NCBI GenBank assembly: GCA_030680175.1
Contig: JAUXWO010000123.1
Span: forward strand, 68,328 to 132,327
Direction: 5' to 3'
DNA: 64,000 nucleotides
From: Vicinamibacterales bacterium
GTDB lineage: Bacteria > Acidobacteriota > Vicinamibacteria > Vicinamibacterales > UBA2999
Shown here: in pieces, positions 27,964-37,021 of the stretch
How the letters are laid out: every line of letters starts with the position of its first letter
How positions within the stretch are numbered: the stretch's first letter is position 1
Notes under the pieces: model-generated
What the model was told of the DNA's origin: nothing
Seen by the model: the letters and a program-made list of their open reading frames with translations, nothing else
The model's database searches: none
Program-made: the position numbers and the translations under genes

Positions 27964-28326
27964 ATGACCCGGACCTTTGCTGGCGTGCTCGCGTTGCTGT
28001 TCGCGCTCGTCGTCGCCGCCCCCGCCGCCCAGACCAACGTCGCCGGCGCCTGGGACATGACCATCAACGGCCCGCAGGGCGCCATGGAAACCACCATGAC
28101 CCTGACGCAGGAGGGCGACACCGTCAGCGGCACGCTCGATGGCCCGATGGGTACGGTCGAGATTGCCGGGGCCGTGGCCGCCAACCTGATGAAGCTGGCC
28201 TTCGACGTCGACGCCGGCGGCACGATCATCAGCATCACGATGATCGGCGAGGTGAACGGCGCATCGATGACCGGCAGCCTCGACTTCGGCCAGGGCACGG
28301 CCGACTTCACCGCCAAGCGCAAGTAG
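27964..28326 (+). CDS. small secreted protein of unknown function
   Basis: 120 aa with the signal peptide MTRTFAGVLALLFALVVAAPAAQ. The mature part is Thr/Gly-rich and beta-type. I recognise no family. Confidence 0.55.
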   Translation: MTRTFAGVLALLFALVVAAPAAQTNVAGAWDMTINGPQGAMETTMTLTQEGDTVSGTLDGPMGTVEIAGAVAANLMKLAFDVDAGGTIISITMIGEVNGASMTGSLDFGQGTADFTAKRK

Positions 28327-28328
28327 GC

Positions 28329-28643
28329 GTGCCCGGCTTCGTCCGCGTCGGCGTGCGCGCCGACTTCCCCCCGGGCGCAGGCCGCATGGTCGTCGTCGAG
28401 GGCCGGCATGTGGCCGTCTTCCACCTGGATGACGGGCTGTACGCGATCGACAACCTGTGCCTGCACCGCGCGGGACCGCTGTGCGACGGCCCCATCGAGG
28501 ATGGGGTCGTCACCTGCCCGTGGCACGGGTGGAGTTACGCGATTCGCACGGGCACGCTCGTGCAGGATCCGCGGGTCGGCGTGTCTCGCTACGACGTGCA
28601 GGTGGACGGAGAGGATGTCCGCGTAAGGCTGGCGGACGACTGA
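28329..28643 (+). CDS. Rieske [2Fe-2S] domain protein (NirD-like or oxygenase ferredoxin-like)
   Basis: The GTG at 28329 is in frame with the tail of track ORF 27564..28643. The Rieske motifs are CLHRAGPL and CPWHGWSY. Confidence 0.8.
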   Translation: MPGFVRVGVRADFPPGAGRMVVVEGRHVAVFHLDDGLYAIDNLCLHRAGPLCDGPIEDGVVTCPWHGWSYAIRTGTLVQDPRVGVSRYDVQVDGEDVRVRLADD

Positions 28644-28698
28644 CCGCGCCATCCGCGGTTCGCCCGGCGCCGTCGCCGTCTGCAGCCCGCCTGCCGCC

Positions 28699-29001
28699 TC
28701 AGACGTACTTGTTCCCGCGGACGACCTCGACGCGCTCCACCCACGCCACGACGGCGTAGTGTGGGAAATAGCGCTCGGCGAGCAGGTGCAGCACCTCGTC
28801 GCTGACGGCGTCGGTGACGAGCACCTCGATCCGGACGTTCCCGCCTTCCCAGTCGCTCGCGCGCACACCGCGGGACCCTCGTCCGCGTGCGGTCGACACC
28901 GTGTAGCCGCGGGCGCCGGCGGCCTCGAGGTCCCGCACGAGCCGATCCTCGAGCACCGCCTCGGCCACGATCGTGACGAGCTTGAGCGGGACGGTCTTCA
29001 T
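28699..29001 (-). CDS. sbtB: PII-like signalling protein SbtB
   Basis: 100 aa. KLVTIVAEAVLEDRLVRDLEAAGARGYTVSTARGRGSRGVRAS.. is colinear with cyanobacterial SbtB (KLVIVTE..GAKGYTV..GKGSR.VRS). It lies immediately downstream of sbtA. Confidence 0.75.
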   Translation of the reverse strand: MKTVPLKLVTIVAEAVLEDRLVRDLEAAGARGYTVSTARGRGSRGVRASDWEGGNVRIEVLVTDAVSDEVLHLLAERYFPHYAVVAWVERVEVVRGNKYV

Positions 29002-29020
29002 GGCTGCTCCTGCGGGGCCG

Positions 29021-30004
29021 TCACCACGCGTGGATCAGGCCGGCGATCGCGTGGTAGAGCGGGATGCCCACGGCGAGGTTGAAGGGAAACGTGATGGCGA
29101 GCGTGGCCGTCAGGTAGTAGCCGGGGTTGGCCTCTGGCAGCGCGATGCGCACGGCCACGGGCGCGGCGATGTAGCTGGCGCTGGCCGCCAGCACCCCGAG
29201 CACGGTGCTGCCGCCGGGGCTCAGGCCGATCATCCACCCGAGCGCCGCGCCAAGCGCGCCATGCGCGATCGGCATGAGGATGCCGAAGGCCACGAGAAAG
29301 GCGCCCGCGCGGCGCAGATCGCCGAGGCGCCCGGCCGCGACCATGCCCATCTCGAGCAGGAAGAACACCAGCACGCCCTTGAACGGCGCATCGAAGAACG
29401 GCGCTACCTGGGCGAAGCCCCCGGCGCCCGACAGCAGGCCGATCGACAAGCCGCCAATGAGCAGGACGCTGCCCCGGCCCGCCAGCACTTCGTGGAGGAC
29501 GGTGTGCCAGGACACCGGCGTGTGTTCGGCGGCCGGCGGCGCCTGAACCCGCGCAATCATCAGCGCAACGACGATGGCGGGGATCTCCATGAGCGCGACC
29601 AGCGCCGGCATGTAACCTTCGTAGGGCACGCCGAGCGTATCGAGAAACGCGATGGCCGCGGTGAACGTGACGACCGACACCGACCCGTAGTGCGCCGCCA
29701 GCGCCGCCGCATCGGCGACGCTCATCCGGGCGACGCCGCGCACGACCGCGTAGATCCAGACGGGAGCGATCGTGGCGAACACCACGGCGGCCAGGGCCGG
29801 CAGCCACACCTCGCCGGCCGGGGTCAGCGACAGTGACACCCCGCCCTTCAAGCCGATGGCAAACAGCAGATAGATGCTGAGCGCCGCGTAGATGCCCTCG
29901 GGCAGCTTCAAATCGCTGCGCACGAGCCGGGCCACCACGCCCAGCACGAACGCCAGGACCATCGGCGAGAGCAGGTTCGCCCGGACCAGATCGACGGTGT
30001 CCAT
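29021..30004 (-). CDS. sbtA: sodium-dependent bicarbonate transport family permease (SbtA-like, DUF897)
   Basis: 327-aa polytopic protein. The N-terminus LLSPMVLAFVLGVVARLVRSDLKLPEGIYAALSIYLLFAIGLKGG is typical of the SbtA family. Confidence 0.75.
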   Translation of the reverse strand: MDTVDLVRANLLSPMVLAFVLGVVARLVRSDLKLPEGIYAALSIYLLFAIGLKGGVSLSLTPAGEVWLPALAAVVFATIAPVWIYAVVRGVARMSVADAAALAAHYGSVSVVTFTAAIAFLDTLGVPYEGYMPALVALMEIPAIVVALMIARVQAPPAAEHTPVSWHTVLHEVLAGRGSVLLIGGLSIGLLSGAGGFAQVAPFFDAPFKGVLVFFLLEMGMVAAGRLGDLRRAGAFLVAFGILMPIAHGALGAALGWMIGLSPGGSTVLGVLAASASYIAAPVAVRIALPEANPGYYLTATLAITFPFNLAVGIPLYHAIAGLIHAW

Positions 30005-30020
30005 GATGCCGGTCCGCCAG

Positions 30021-32513
30021 TCAGTACGCGGCGAGCAGCGTCGCCGCGCGCACGATTTCGTTTTCGCTGACGAGGAATCGCTCTTCGAGCGGCGGCGAGT
30101 ACGGCACGGGCGTGTCGAGCGCCCCCAGGATCCGGATGGGCGCGTCGAGCGATTCGAACGCCTCCTCCTGGATGATCGCGGCCAGGCTCTCGCCGATGCC
30201 GCCCGTGCGGGAGTCCTCCTGCACGATCAGCACCTTGTTGCAGTGGCGGACGAGCGCCAGCACCGCGGCCTTGTCGAGCGGGACGAGGGTGCGCAGGTCG
30301 AGCACGGCCGCCTCGATGCCGTCGGCGGCGAGGCGATCCGCCGCGCGCAGGCACTCGTGCACGTACGCGCCGTAGGAGATCATCGCGACGTCGGACCCGG
30401 CGCGCCGAAGCGCGGCCTGGCCGAGCGGGATCGGCGCGGGGGCCCCGGCGGGGAGCGCCTGCTTGATGCGCGGATCGCGGTACAGCGTGATGTGCTCGTA
30501 GTACAGCACGGGGTCGGGATCGGCCACGGCCGAGGCCATCAGCGCGCGCGCATCCGCGGGCGTCGAGGGCACGACGATCTTCAGGCCGGGGGTGCGGTAG
30601 AACCAGGGCTCGGTGTTCTGGCTGTGGTACGGACCCGCGAAGCGCAGGCCGCCCCACGGCATCCGCACGACCATCGGCACCTCGCCGCCCCAGCGGTAGC
30701 GGATCTTCGCCGCGTTGTTCACGAGCTGGTTGAAGCCGGTGGCGACGAAGTCGTTGAACTGCATCTCGCCGATCGGGCGCTGCCCGGCGAGCGCCGCGCC
30801 GACGCACACGCCGAGCACCGCGCCCTCGGCGAGCGGCGAGTTCAGGATCCGATCGCCGAACTCCTTGAGCAGGGGCCGCAGCAGCAGGAACGCGTTGCCG
30901 TACTGGCCGCCCACGTCCTCGCCGTACACGAACACCCGCGGGTCGGCGCCGAGCGCGTCGCCGACGCCGAGCATCACCGCCTCGAGGAAGGTGCTGCCCT
31001 TCTTGTCGAACGGCAGCCCCGTGTCGAGCGGCGGGAGCGCGGGCGCGAGGTCCTGCGCGAGACGCCATGCCGGGTCGAGCACCTCGATCCGCGTGCGCGG
31101 GCGCTCGCCCGCGAAGACGCCCACGCCGGCCTCGGCCGCCTCCGGCCACGGCGCCGCGATCACCGCCTGCGCCTCCTGCTCCACCAGCGCCTCGGCCTTC
31201 TTCTTCATCGCGTCGAGATCGCCGGCGCGAATGACCTTCTCGGCCTCGAGCCGGGCGGCGTAGGTGGCGATCGGATCGCGCCGCTCCCAGAACTCGTACA
31301 GCTCGCGGTTGGCGTAGCCCGTCTCGTGGAGCGTGTGGTAGTCCCACGATGGCGGCTGATCCTTGCCGAGGTACAGCATGTCGTCGTGGTGCGCGTGGCC
31401 GCACATGCGCATGGCCACCAGCTCGATCAGCGTGGGGCCGTGCCCGCCGCGCGCGCGCTCCGCCGCCCACGCGAAGACCGCGGCGACCTGGTCGGGATCG
31501 GTGCCGTCCACCGTGAGGCCCGGGACACCGTAGCCCGCGGCCTTGTCGGCGAAGACACGCACGGCGGAGTTCTCGGCCACGGGCGTCGAAAGCGCCGTCT
31601 GGTTGTTCTGGACGCAGAAGATCGCCGGCAGCTTGCGCGCGGCGCAGAGGTTGATGGCCTCGTGCCACTCGCCGAGCGACGACCCGCCCTCGCCGATGAA
31701 CGAGAGCGCCACGCGGTCCGCCCCGGCACGCGCGAAGCCCATGGCGAGCCCGGCCACGGTGAGCGCCCCCACGGCCAGCGGCGCCGCGGCCGGCAGCACG
31801 CCCCAGCCCCAGTCGCCGGTGTGCAGATCCTTGCCGTTCATCGGCGGGCCGGCCTTGCCCATCTGCGCGCTCAGCACCTGCCGCACGGCGTCGGCATCGT
31901 GCCGCATGGCCAGCGCCATCCCGAGGTCTCGTATCACCGGCGCCACGACGTCGCCGGCCCACATCCCCTCGGGAGTGCGATACGCGGCCCCACGCTTCAG
32001 CCGGATACCACCCGCGTAGATGGCCTCCTGGCCGAGCGAACGGAAGCCCTTGCCCTGGAACGCCTTCTCCCCCCAGCGCACCTCGCCGCCCATGAAGAAC
32101 TGCTTCAGCCGGTTGTCGACCGCGCGCGTCAGCACCATGCCCTCGAGGATCTCGCGGCGCTCGGCGGCAGTCAGCGACTGCGCCAGCACCTCGCGGCGCA
32201 GGAACCCGTCGCAGCCATCGACGATCTCGGCGCGCGCCTGCTCGAGGCGTTTGGTCGCGGAGGTGCCCGGCGTGGTCTCGCCGACGCCCTCAGGGGCGAC
32301 GACGGCCTGGTACAGGCGACGGGCGAGGGCCTTCCTGAACGGCAGGCGTAGCGCCTCGAGCGTGTCGGCATCGCGCGGCTTGAGGTCGTGGCCGCCGACC
32401 TCGTGCAGCGATTCGAGCGCGGGCGTCAACGCGAGGGGATAGCGCTCGGCCACGAACGCGCCAAGGCGGCTCTGGAGGCCGGTCACACGGCTCAGGTCTA
32501 CGGAACGGGGCAT
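30021..32513 (-). CDS. fused 2-oxoacid dehydrogenase E1 component, alpha/beta subunits
   Basis: 830 aa. The alpha half carries the TPP motif (FIGEGGSSLGEWHEAINLCAARKLPAIFCVQNN). The beta half is transketolase-like (FGDRILNSPLAEGAVLG..). Confidence 0.88.
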   Translation of the reverse strand: MPRSVDLSRVTGLQSRLGAFVAERYPLALTPALESLHEVGGHDLKPRDADTLEALRLPFRKALARRLYQAVVAPEGVGETTPGTSATKRLEQARAEIVDGCDGFLRREVLAQSLTAAERREILEGMVLTRAVDNRLKQFFMGGEVRWGEKAFQGKGFRSLGQEAIYAGGIRLKRGAAYRTPEGMWAGDVVAPVIRDLGMALAMRHDADAVRQVLSAQMGKAGPPMNGKDLHTGDWGWGVLPAAAPLAVGALTVAGLAMGFARAGADRVALSFIGEGGSSLGEWHEAINLCAARKLPAIFCVQNNQTALSTPVAENSAVRVFADKAAGYGVPGLTVDGTDPDQVAAVFAWAAERARGGHGPTLIELVAMRMCGHAHHDDMLYLGKDQPPSWDYHTLHETGYANRELYEFWERRDPIATYAARLEAEKVIRAGDLDAMKKKAEALVEQEAQAVIAAPWPEAAEAGVGVFAGERPRTRIEVLDPAWRLAQDLAPALPPLDTGLPFDKKGSTFLEAVMLGVGDALGADPRVFVYGEDVGGQYGNAFLLLRPLLKEFGDRILNSPLAEGAVLGVCVGAALAGQRPIGEMQFNDFVATGFNQLVNNAAKIRYRWGGEVPMVVRMPWGGLRFAGPYHSQNTEPWFYRTPGLKIVVPSTPADARALMASAVADPDPVLYYEHITLYRDPRIKQALPAGAPAPIPLGQAALRRAGSDVAMISYGAYVHECLRAADRLAADGIEAAVLDLRTLVPLDKAAVLALVRHCNKVLIVQEDSRTGGIGESLAAIIQEEAFESLDAPIRILGALDTPVPYSPPLEERFLVSENEIVRAATLLAAY

Positions 32514-32526
32514 AAGAAGACATTCT

Positions 32527-32598
32527 ACAGGTCCGACAGGTCAGACAGGTCAGACAGGTCCGTCAGGTCCGACAGGTCCGTCAGGTCCGTCAGGTCCG
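32527..32598. repeat. tandem nonamer array (WCAGGTCMG)x8
   Basis: The period is exactly 9 nt: acaggtccg acaggtcag acaggtcag acaggtccg tcaggtccg acaggtccg tcaggtccg tcaggtccg. The array fills the gap between the methyltransferase stop (32590-32592, inside the last unit) and the E1 start (32513). Confidence 0.9.
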
Positions 32599-33198
32599 AC
32601 GGAGCACGACCGCCTCGTATCGGCCACCGAATGCGACGGGGCGACGCGAGACGACCTCCAGTGGGGAGCCGGAGGCGCGCAGGGCGGCGCTCAGGTCCAC
32701 GGTGATGTCCGAGAACGCGACGTGGGCAAGGACGTTGAGCGCCCGCCGGGTGAGCGACGGCGTCCGGCCGTCCGGCACGAACTTGTCGAGCAGCGAGATC
32801 CGGCCGCCGGGCCGGGTGACCCGCGCCGCTTCGCGAAGGCACGCGGCCGAATCCGCCACCACGGCCACGATGAAGTGCAACAGCACGACGTCGAAGCAGG
32901 CGTCGGGGAACCCGAGCTGCTCGGCATCGGCATAGGCGAAGTGCCGCGACGGCGCCCGCGCGCGGGCCCGCGACAGCATGGCCGGCGTCAGGTCGGTTGC
33001 GACGACCCGTGCCCCCGCCGGCAGGAGCGGCAGATCGAGCCCCGTCCCGGCGCCCACGATCAGGACCGACTCCCCGGATCCGACAGCGATCCCGGCGAGC
33101 GCGTCCTCACGGGCGCGCGCCAGTGTCCGCGCCATCGCGTCGTACACCGGCGCCCACACGCCATACCGCCGCTGGTTCCACGAGTTGTCGATACGCAA
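32590..33198 (-). CDS. class I SAM-dependent methyltransferase
   Basis: 202 aa. The SAM motif I is VLIVGAGTGLDLPLL, and the layout is Methyltransf_11-like. Confidence 0.8.
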   Translation of the reverse strand: MRIDNSWNQRRYGVWAPVYDAMARTLARAREDALAGIAVGSGESVLIVGAGTGLDLPLLPAGARVVATDLTPAMLSRARARAPSRHFAYADAEQLGFPDACFDVVLLHFIVAVVADSAACLREAARVTRPGGRISLLDKFVPDGRTPSLTRRALNVLAHVAFSDITVDLSAALRASGSPLEVVSRRPVAFGGRYEAVVLRRT

Positions 33199-33241
33199 TC
33201 TTGGCTCTTGGGACCGGGGATCAGCTTTCGGCAGCGTCCGA

Positions 33242-33307
33242 CGGACCTGACCGGACCTGACGGACCTGACGAACCTGACGGACCTGACCGGACCTGACCG
33301 GACCTGC
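33242..33307. repeat. tandem 9-10-nt array (CGGACCTGAC)x7, reverse complement of the 32527-32598 unit
   Basis: The GGACCTGA core recurs at 33243, 33253, 33262, 33271 (GAACCTGA), 33280 and 33290, with a final variant (GGACCTGC) at 33300. The spacing is 9 or 10 nt. The array abuts the stop codon of the M20 gene (33307-33309). Confidence 0.9.
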
Positions 33308-34959
33308 TATTGTCTCGTCGTCGTTCTCACCGTCGGATACGTGATCCCCAGCTGTTCGAGGTAGGTCTTGTACCGCGTGGGATCGAAGTAGAACTTCCGC
33401 ATCTCGGGCCGGTAGCGGTCCATGATGTCCTTGTTCAGGTGAATGGCCGGACCCTCGTCCGGGCGCAGGAAGGTCTGGTACTTCCGGTCCTTCGTCTGGA
33501 CCGTGTTGAAGTAGTCCCACGCCGCGGCGACGAGTTCCGGGCGCAGCACGAGATCCAGCACGGTCATGGCCTGCACCTCGGCGCCCGCATTCACGCCCTT
33601 GTGCGCAATGGGTGTCGCCATCGCGATGGCGTTGGCCCAGTTGTGGCCCGGCCCCGCCTGGAAGTTCGCGGGGAACGACAGCGAGACGGTCGGGACAGTC
33701 CACGAGATGTCGCCGATGTCGTCGGAGCCGCCGCCGCGCTTCTCGCTGTCCGGGACCGACTCACGGCCGCCAAGCGGCGGGATCGCGGTCGCCAGGCCGT
33801 TCTCCGGCACGCCCAGCTCACGCTGCGTCGCCGTCGCCAGGGTGATGTCGGCCTCGCTCCACTCGGGCAGGCCCACGGCCGTGATGTTCGCGTACATCGT
33901 TTCGGCCAGCGTCCGGTTCATGTGCGAGGGCCAGGCGGCGCCCAGCACGCGCGACGACCACGTGGTGCCGGTCATCAGCGCCGCGCCCTCCGCCATCTTG
34001 TCCGCCGCGGCCCACATGTTCATGATGCCGTCGTAGTCGGTCTCGCGCAGGTAGTACCACACCGAGGCGTTGCGGGGCACGACGTTCGGCTGATCGCCGC
34101 CGTTGACGATGACGTAGTGGGAGCGCTGCTGGATGCGCAGGTGCTCGCGCTTGAAGTTCCAGCCGATGTTCATCAGCTCCACGGCGTCGAGCGCGCTCCG
34201 GCCCCGCCAGGGCTGGCCGGCGCTGTGCGCGGTCTCCCCTTCGAACATGTACTCGACCGACACCATCCCGTTGCCGGTGCTGTCGCCCCAGCGTGTCGAC
34301 AGGTTGGAACCGACGTGGTTGTAGAGCACGACGTCGACGTCCGTGAAGAGCCCGGCGCGCACGTAGTACGCCTTCGTCGCGAGCTGCTCCTCGGCCACAC
34401 CGGGCCAGATCATGATCGTGCCCGGGAGCTTCTCGCGCTCCATCACCCGCTTGGCCGCGATCGCCGCCACGACGTTGAGGGGGGTGCCGGAGTTGTGGCC
34501 CTCGCCGTGCCCGGGGGCGCCCTCGACGAGCGCATCACGATAGGCCACGCCCGGCTTCTGCGAGGCCTGGGGGATGCCGTCGACATCGGAGCCAAGCGCA
34601 ATCACGGGCTTCCCCGATCCCCAGCGCGCAACCCACGCCGAGGGAATCCCGGCGACGCCCTCGTCGACCGTGAACCCGTGCTCCCGCAGGATGCCGGTGA
34701 GGTAGCGCTGTGTCTCGAACTCCTGGAAGCCCAGCTCCCCGAAGCTGAAGACCATGTCCACCATCTGCTGGCCGAGGTCGTACATGTCGCGCACCTCGCG
34801 CGCGGCCGCCGCTTTCAGCGCGGCATGGCGCGGGTCCGGCTTTGCGGTGGCCGCCGCCGGCTGGGACGCGGGCGCGCGCTGCTCGGCGTGCGGCGTCGCA
34901 GTGGCACACACCACGGCGGCAACGAGGGCGATCATGCGGACGGTACGGGGGCGGAACAT
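33307..34959 (-). CDS. M20-family amidohydrolase/peptidase (AbgB-like), secreted
   Basis: 550 aa with the signal peptide MFRPRTVRMIALVAAVVCATA. M20 motifs are present (GHGEGHNSG, WPGVAEEQLATKAY, ETAHSAGQPWRGRSALDA). Confidence 0.8.
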   Translation of the reverse strand: MFRPRTVRMIALVAAVVCATATPHAEQRAPASQPAAATAKPDPRHAALKAAAAREVRDMYDLGQQMVDMVFSFGELGFQEFETQRYLTGILREHGFTVDEGVAGIPSAWVARWGSGKPVIALGSDVDGIPQASQKPGVAYRDALVEGAPGHGEGHNSGTPLNVVAAIAAKRVMEREKLPGTIMIWPGVAEEQLATKAYYVRAGLFTDVDVVLYNHVGSNLSTRWGDSTGNGMVSVEYMFEGETAHSAGQPWRGRSALDAVELMNIGWNFKREHLRIQQRSHYVIVNGGDQPNVVPRNASVWYYLRETDYDGIMNMWAAADKMAEGAALMTGTTWSSRVLGAAWPSHMNRTLAETMYANITAVGLPEWSEADITLATATQRELGVPENGLATAIPPLGGRESVPDSEKRGGGSDDIGDISWTVPTVSLSFPANFQAGPGHNWANAIAMATPIAHKGVNAGAEVQAMTVLDLVLRPELVAAAWDYFNTVQTKDRKYQTFLRPDEGPAIHLNKDIMDRYRPEMRKFYFDPTRYKTYLEQLGITYPTVRTTTRQ

Positions 34960-35071
34960 GGGGCCTCCTGACGGGTCGGAAGGGATCGTGACGGGGACCA
35001 GACGACGTCGGCCGGATCAATTGGGGAAGGGCCCCGCGTGCGCACCCCGGAGCGGCACGCATGCGGCCACT

Positions 35072-35617
35072 CTACTCGAACACGACCAGGCCCGTGCCCG
35101 ACCAGTGCCCGACCGCGGTGATGTCGAACTTCGTGTGCGTGATCGTCGCCCAGAAGGCCTTCATCGCCTCGTTCAGATACACATCGTCAAGCACCAGCAG
35201 TCCGTTGAACGGCGACGTGGAGAGGAACTCATAGAAGATGGCCTCGTAGTCACCCTCGTGGGCGACATCGAGGGAGATGAGCGGCGTGGCGATCCACTCC
35301 TGCCAGTCGTGCAGGGCATCCCGTACCCGGAACTCGACGTTCGGCAGCTGGATGTCGGACCGCCGCCGGTTCTCGAGGTCGTAGGAGATCACGCGGTTGC
35401 GGGGGTTGTGCGACAGCGCCATGGCCGAGCAGCCGGCGTCGGTCCCGATATCGACGAGGGTGGCGTCGTTGAAAAGGGTGGAGAGGTGCGCGAGCAGCCG
35501 GTAGTGCTCCTCGCCGGGCGCCCCCTGAAACGGCGCCCGGTACTCGGGCGGCACGTGGGGGAGGAACCGGCTGAGGTCGATCTGGCTGATGACGGCGGCC
35601 TCGAGGTTGATCTGCAC
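35072..35617 (-). CDS. SAM-dependent methyltransferase-like protein (CmcI/O-MT-like, tentative)
   Basis: 181 aa. VDIGTDAGCSAMALS resembles SAM motif I of class I O-methyltransferases. The gene looks slightly lower in GC than its neighbours, judged by eye. Confidence 0.45.
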   Translation of the reverse strand: MQINLEAAVISQIDLSRFLPHVPPEYRAPFQGAPGEEHYRLLAHLSTLFNDATLVDIGTDAGCSAMALSHNPRNRVISYDLENRRRSDIQLPNVEFRVRDALHDWQEWIATPLISLDVAHEGDYEAIFYEFLSTSPFNGLLVLDDVYLNEAMKAFWATITHTKFDITAVGHWSGTGLVVFE

Positions 35618-35686
35618 GGCGCCAGCTTATGCCAATCGGCGTTCGTCGGACACCCCCGAAGCCCGGCCTTGCGCTATCCTGCCTGA

Positions 35687-36910
35687 ATGACGATACGCCT
35701 CCTGCTGACCGGCCTCGTCGCCCTCGCCGCCGTCATCGCGGCGCCCAACGTGACCGCGCAGGGCGACCTGCTCGAGCGCGCCCGCGCGCTACACCGCGAG
35801 GTGCCCCTCATCGACGGCCACAACGACTACCCCTGGGCCCTCCGGAGCCTCGACCCCGGACGGGATCTCGAGAAGGCCAACATCGCCAACCCGGTGCCGT
35901 CGCTGCACACCGACATCCCGCGCCTGCGGCAGGGCGGTGTCGGCGCGCAGTTCTGGTCCGTGTACGTCCCCTCGTCGATGCAGGGGCGCGACGCCGTGAC
36001 CGCCACGCTCGAGCAGATCGACATCGTGCACCGCATGATGCGCCGCTGGCCGGAGACGTTCGAGCTGGCGCTGACGGCCGCCGACGTGGAGCGCATCTTC
36101 GCGAAAGGCCGGATCGCCTCGCTGATCGGCATTGAGGGCGGCCATTCGATCGACAACTCGCTCGCCGTGCTGCGCATGATGTACAAGCTGGGCGCCCGCT
36201 ACATGACGCTCACGCACAGCGCGAACGTGCCGTGGGCCGATTCCGCCACCGACACCATGCAGTTCAGTGGCCTGACGAACTTCGGCGAAGAGGTCGTCCG
36301 CGAGATGAACCGGCTGGGCATGCTCGTCGACCTGAGCCACACCTCGCCGGACACGATGGAGGATGCCCTGCGGGTGAGCACCGCGCCGGTGATCTTCTCG
36401 CACTCCTCCGCACGCGCGATCGCCGATGTCCCCCGCAACGTGCCGGACGCCATCCTGCGGCAGCTGCCGCGCAACGGCGGCGTCGTCATGGTGACGTTCG
36501 TGCCGGGCTTCCTCTCGCAGGACGTCGCCGACCACGGCCGCCGCCTCCAGAGCCAGACGCAACTGCTCGGCGCGCAGCACGGCGCCGACAAGGCGGCCTT
36601 CGACCAGGCCCTGGGCGCATGGCACGCGGCCAACCCGGAGCCGCGCGCGACGCTCGCACAGGCGGCCGATCACATCGATCACATCCGGCGCGTGGCCGGG
36701 ATCGACCATATCGGCATCGGCGGCGATTTCGACGGGATCAGCACCGTTCCCGTCGGCCTCGAGGACGTCTCGACGTACCCGGCGCTGACGGCGGAGCTGC
36801 TCCGCCGCAACTACACGGACGACGAGGTGAAGAAGATCCTGGGGCTGAACGTCCTGCGCGTGATGCGCCAGGCCGAACGCGTAGCCGCGGGGAGGGGTCT
36901 GGCACCGTGA
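35687..36910 (+). CDS. membrane dipeptidase (M19 family)
   Basis: 407 aa. Motifs: PLIDGHNDYPW, GVGAQFWSVYVP, IEGGHSIDNSLAVLRMMYKLGARYMTLTHS, DLSHTS and HIGIGGDFDG. Confidence 0.9.
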   Translation: MTIRLLLTGLVALAAVIAAPNVTAQGDLLERARALHREVPLIDGHNDYPWALRSLDPGRDLEKANIANPVPSLHTDIPRLRQGGVGAQFWSVYVPSSMQGRDAVTATLEQIDIVHRMMRRWPETFELALTAADVERIFAKGRIASLIGIEGGHSIDNSLAVLRMMYKLGARYMTLTHSANVPWADSATDTMQFSGLTNFGEEVVREMNRLGMLVDLSHTSPDTMEDALRVSTAPVIFSHSSARAIADVPRNVPDAILRQLPRNGGVVMVTFVPGFLSQDVADHGRRLQSQTQLLGAQHGADKAAFDQALGAWHAANPEPRATLAQAADHIDHIRRVAGIDHIGIGGDFDGISTVPVGLEDVSTYPALTAELLRRNYTDDEVKKILGLNVLRVMRQAERVAAGRGLAP

Positions 36911-37021
36911 CATCGAAAACGGTGCAGTTTCTGCACTCCCCTCGGAAGTGCATCAACAGCACTTCAACAGGGGGGTGTGCAGAAACTGCACCGTTTTCGA
37001 TGTCACGGTGCCAGACCCCTC
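36892..37021. repeat. 130-nt near-perfect palindromic element (45-nt perfect arms plus inner hairpin)
   Basis: The left arm at 36892-36936 (GAGGGGTCTGGCACCGTGACATCGAAAACGGTGCAGTTTCTGCAC) is the exact reverse complement of the right arm at 36977-37021. The inner 40 nt adds CCCCTC/GGGGGG pairing and GAAGTGC-atcaaca-GCACTTC. The element contains the dipeptidase stop codon and touches the ADOP stop codon. Confidence 0.92.

Noticed and set aside
32527-33307. Tandem arrays considered as a CRISPR array or as coding repeats (ORFs giving RSDRSDRSV.. and VRQVRQVRQV..)
   Set aside because: The units are 9-10 nt with no spacers, so this is not CRISPR. The ORFs across them are short, low-complexity and lack start context. 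No cas genes are present in the window.
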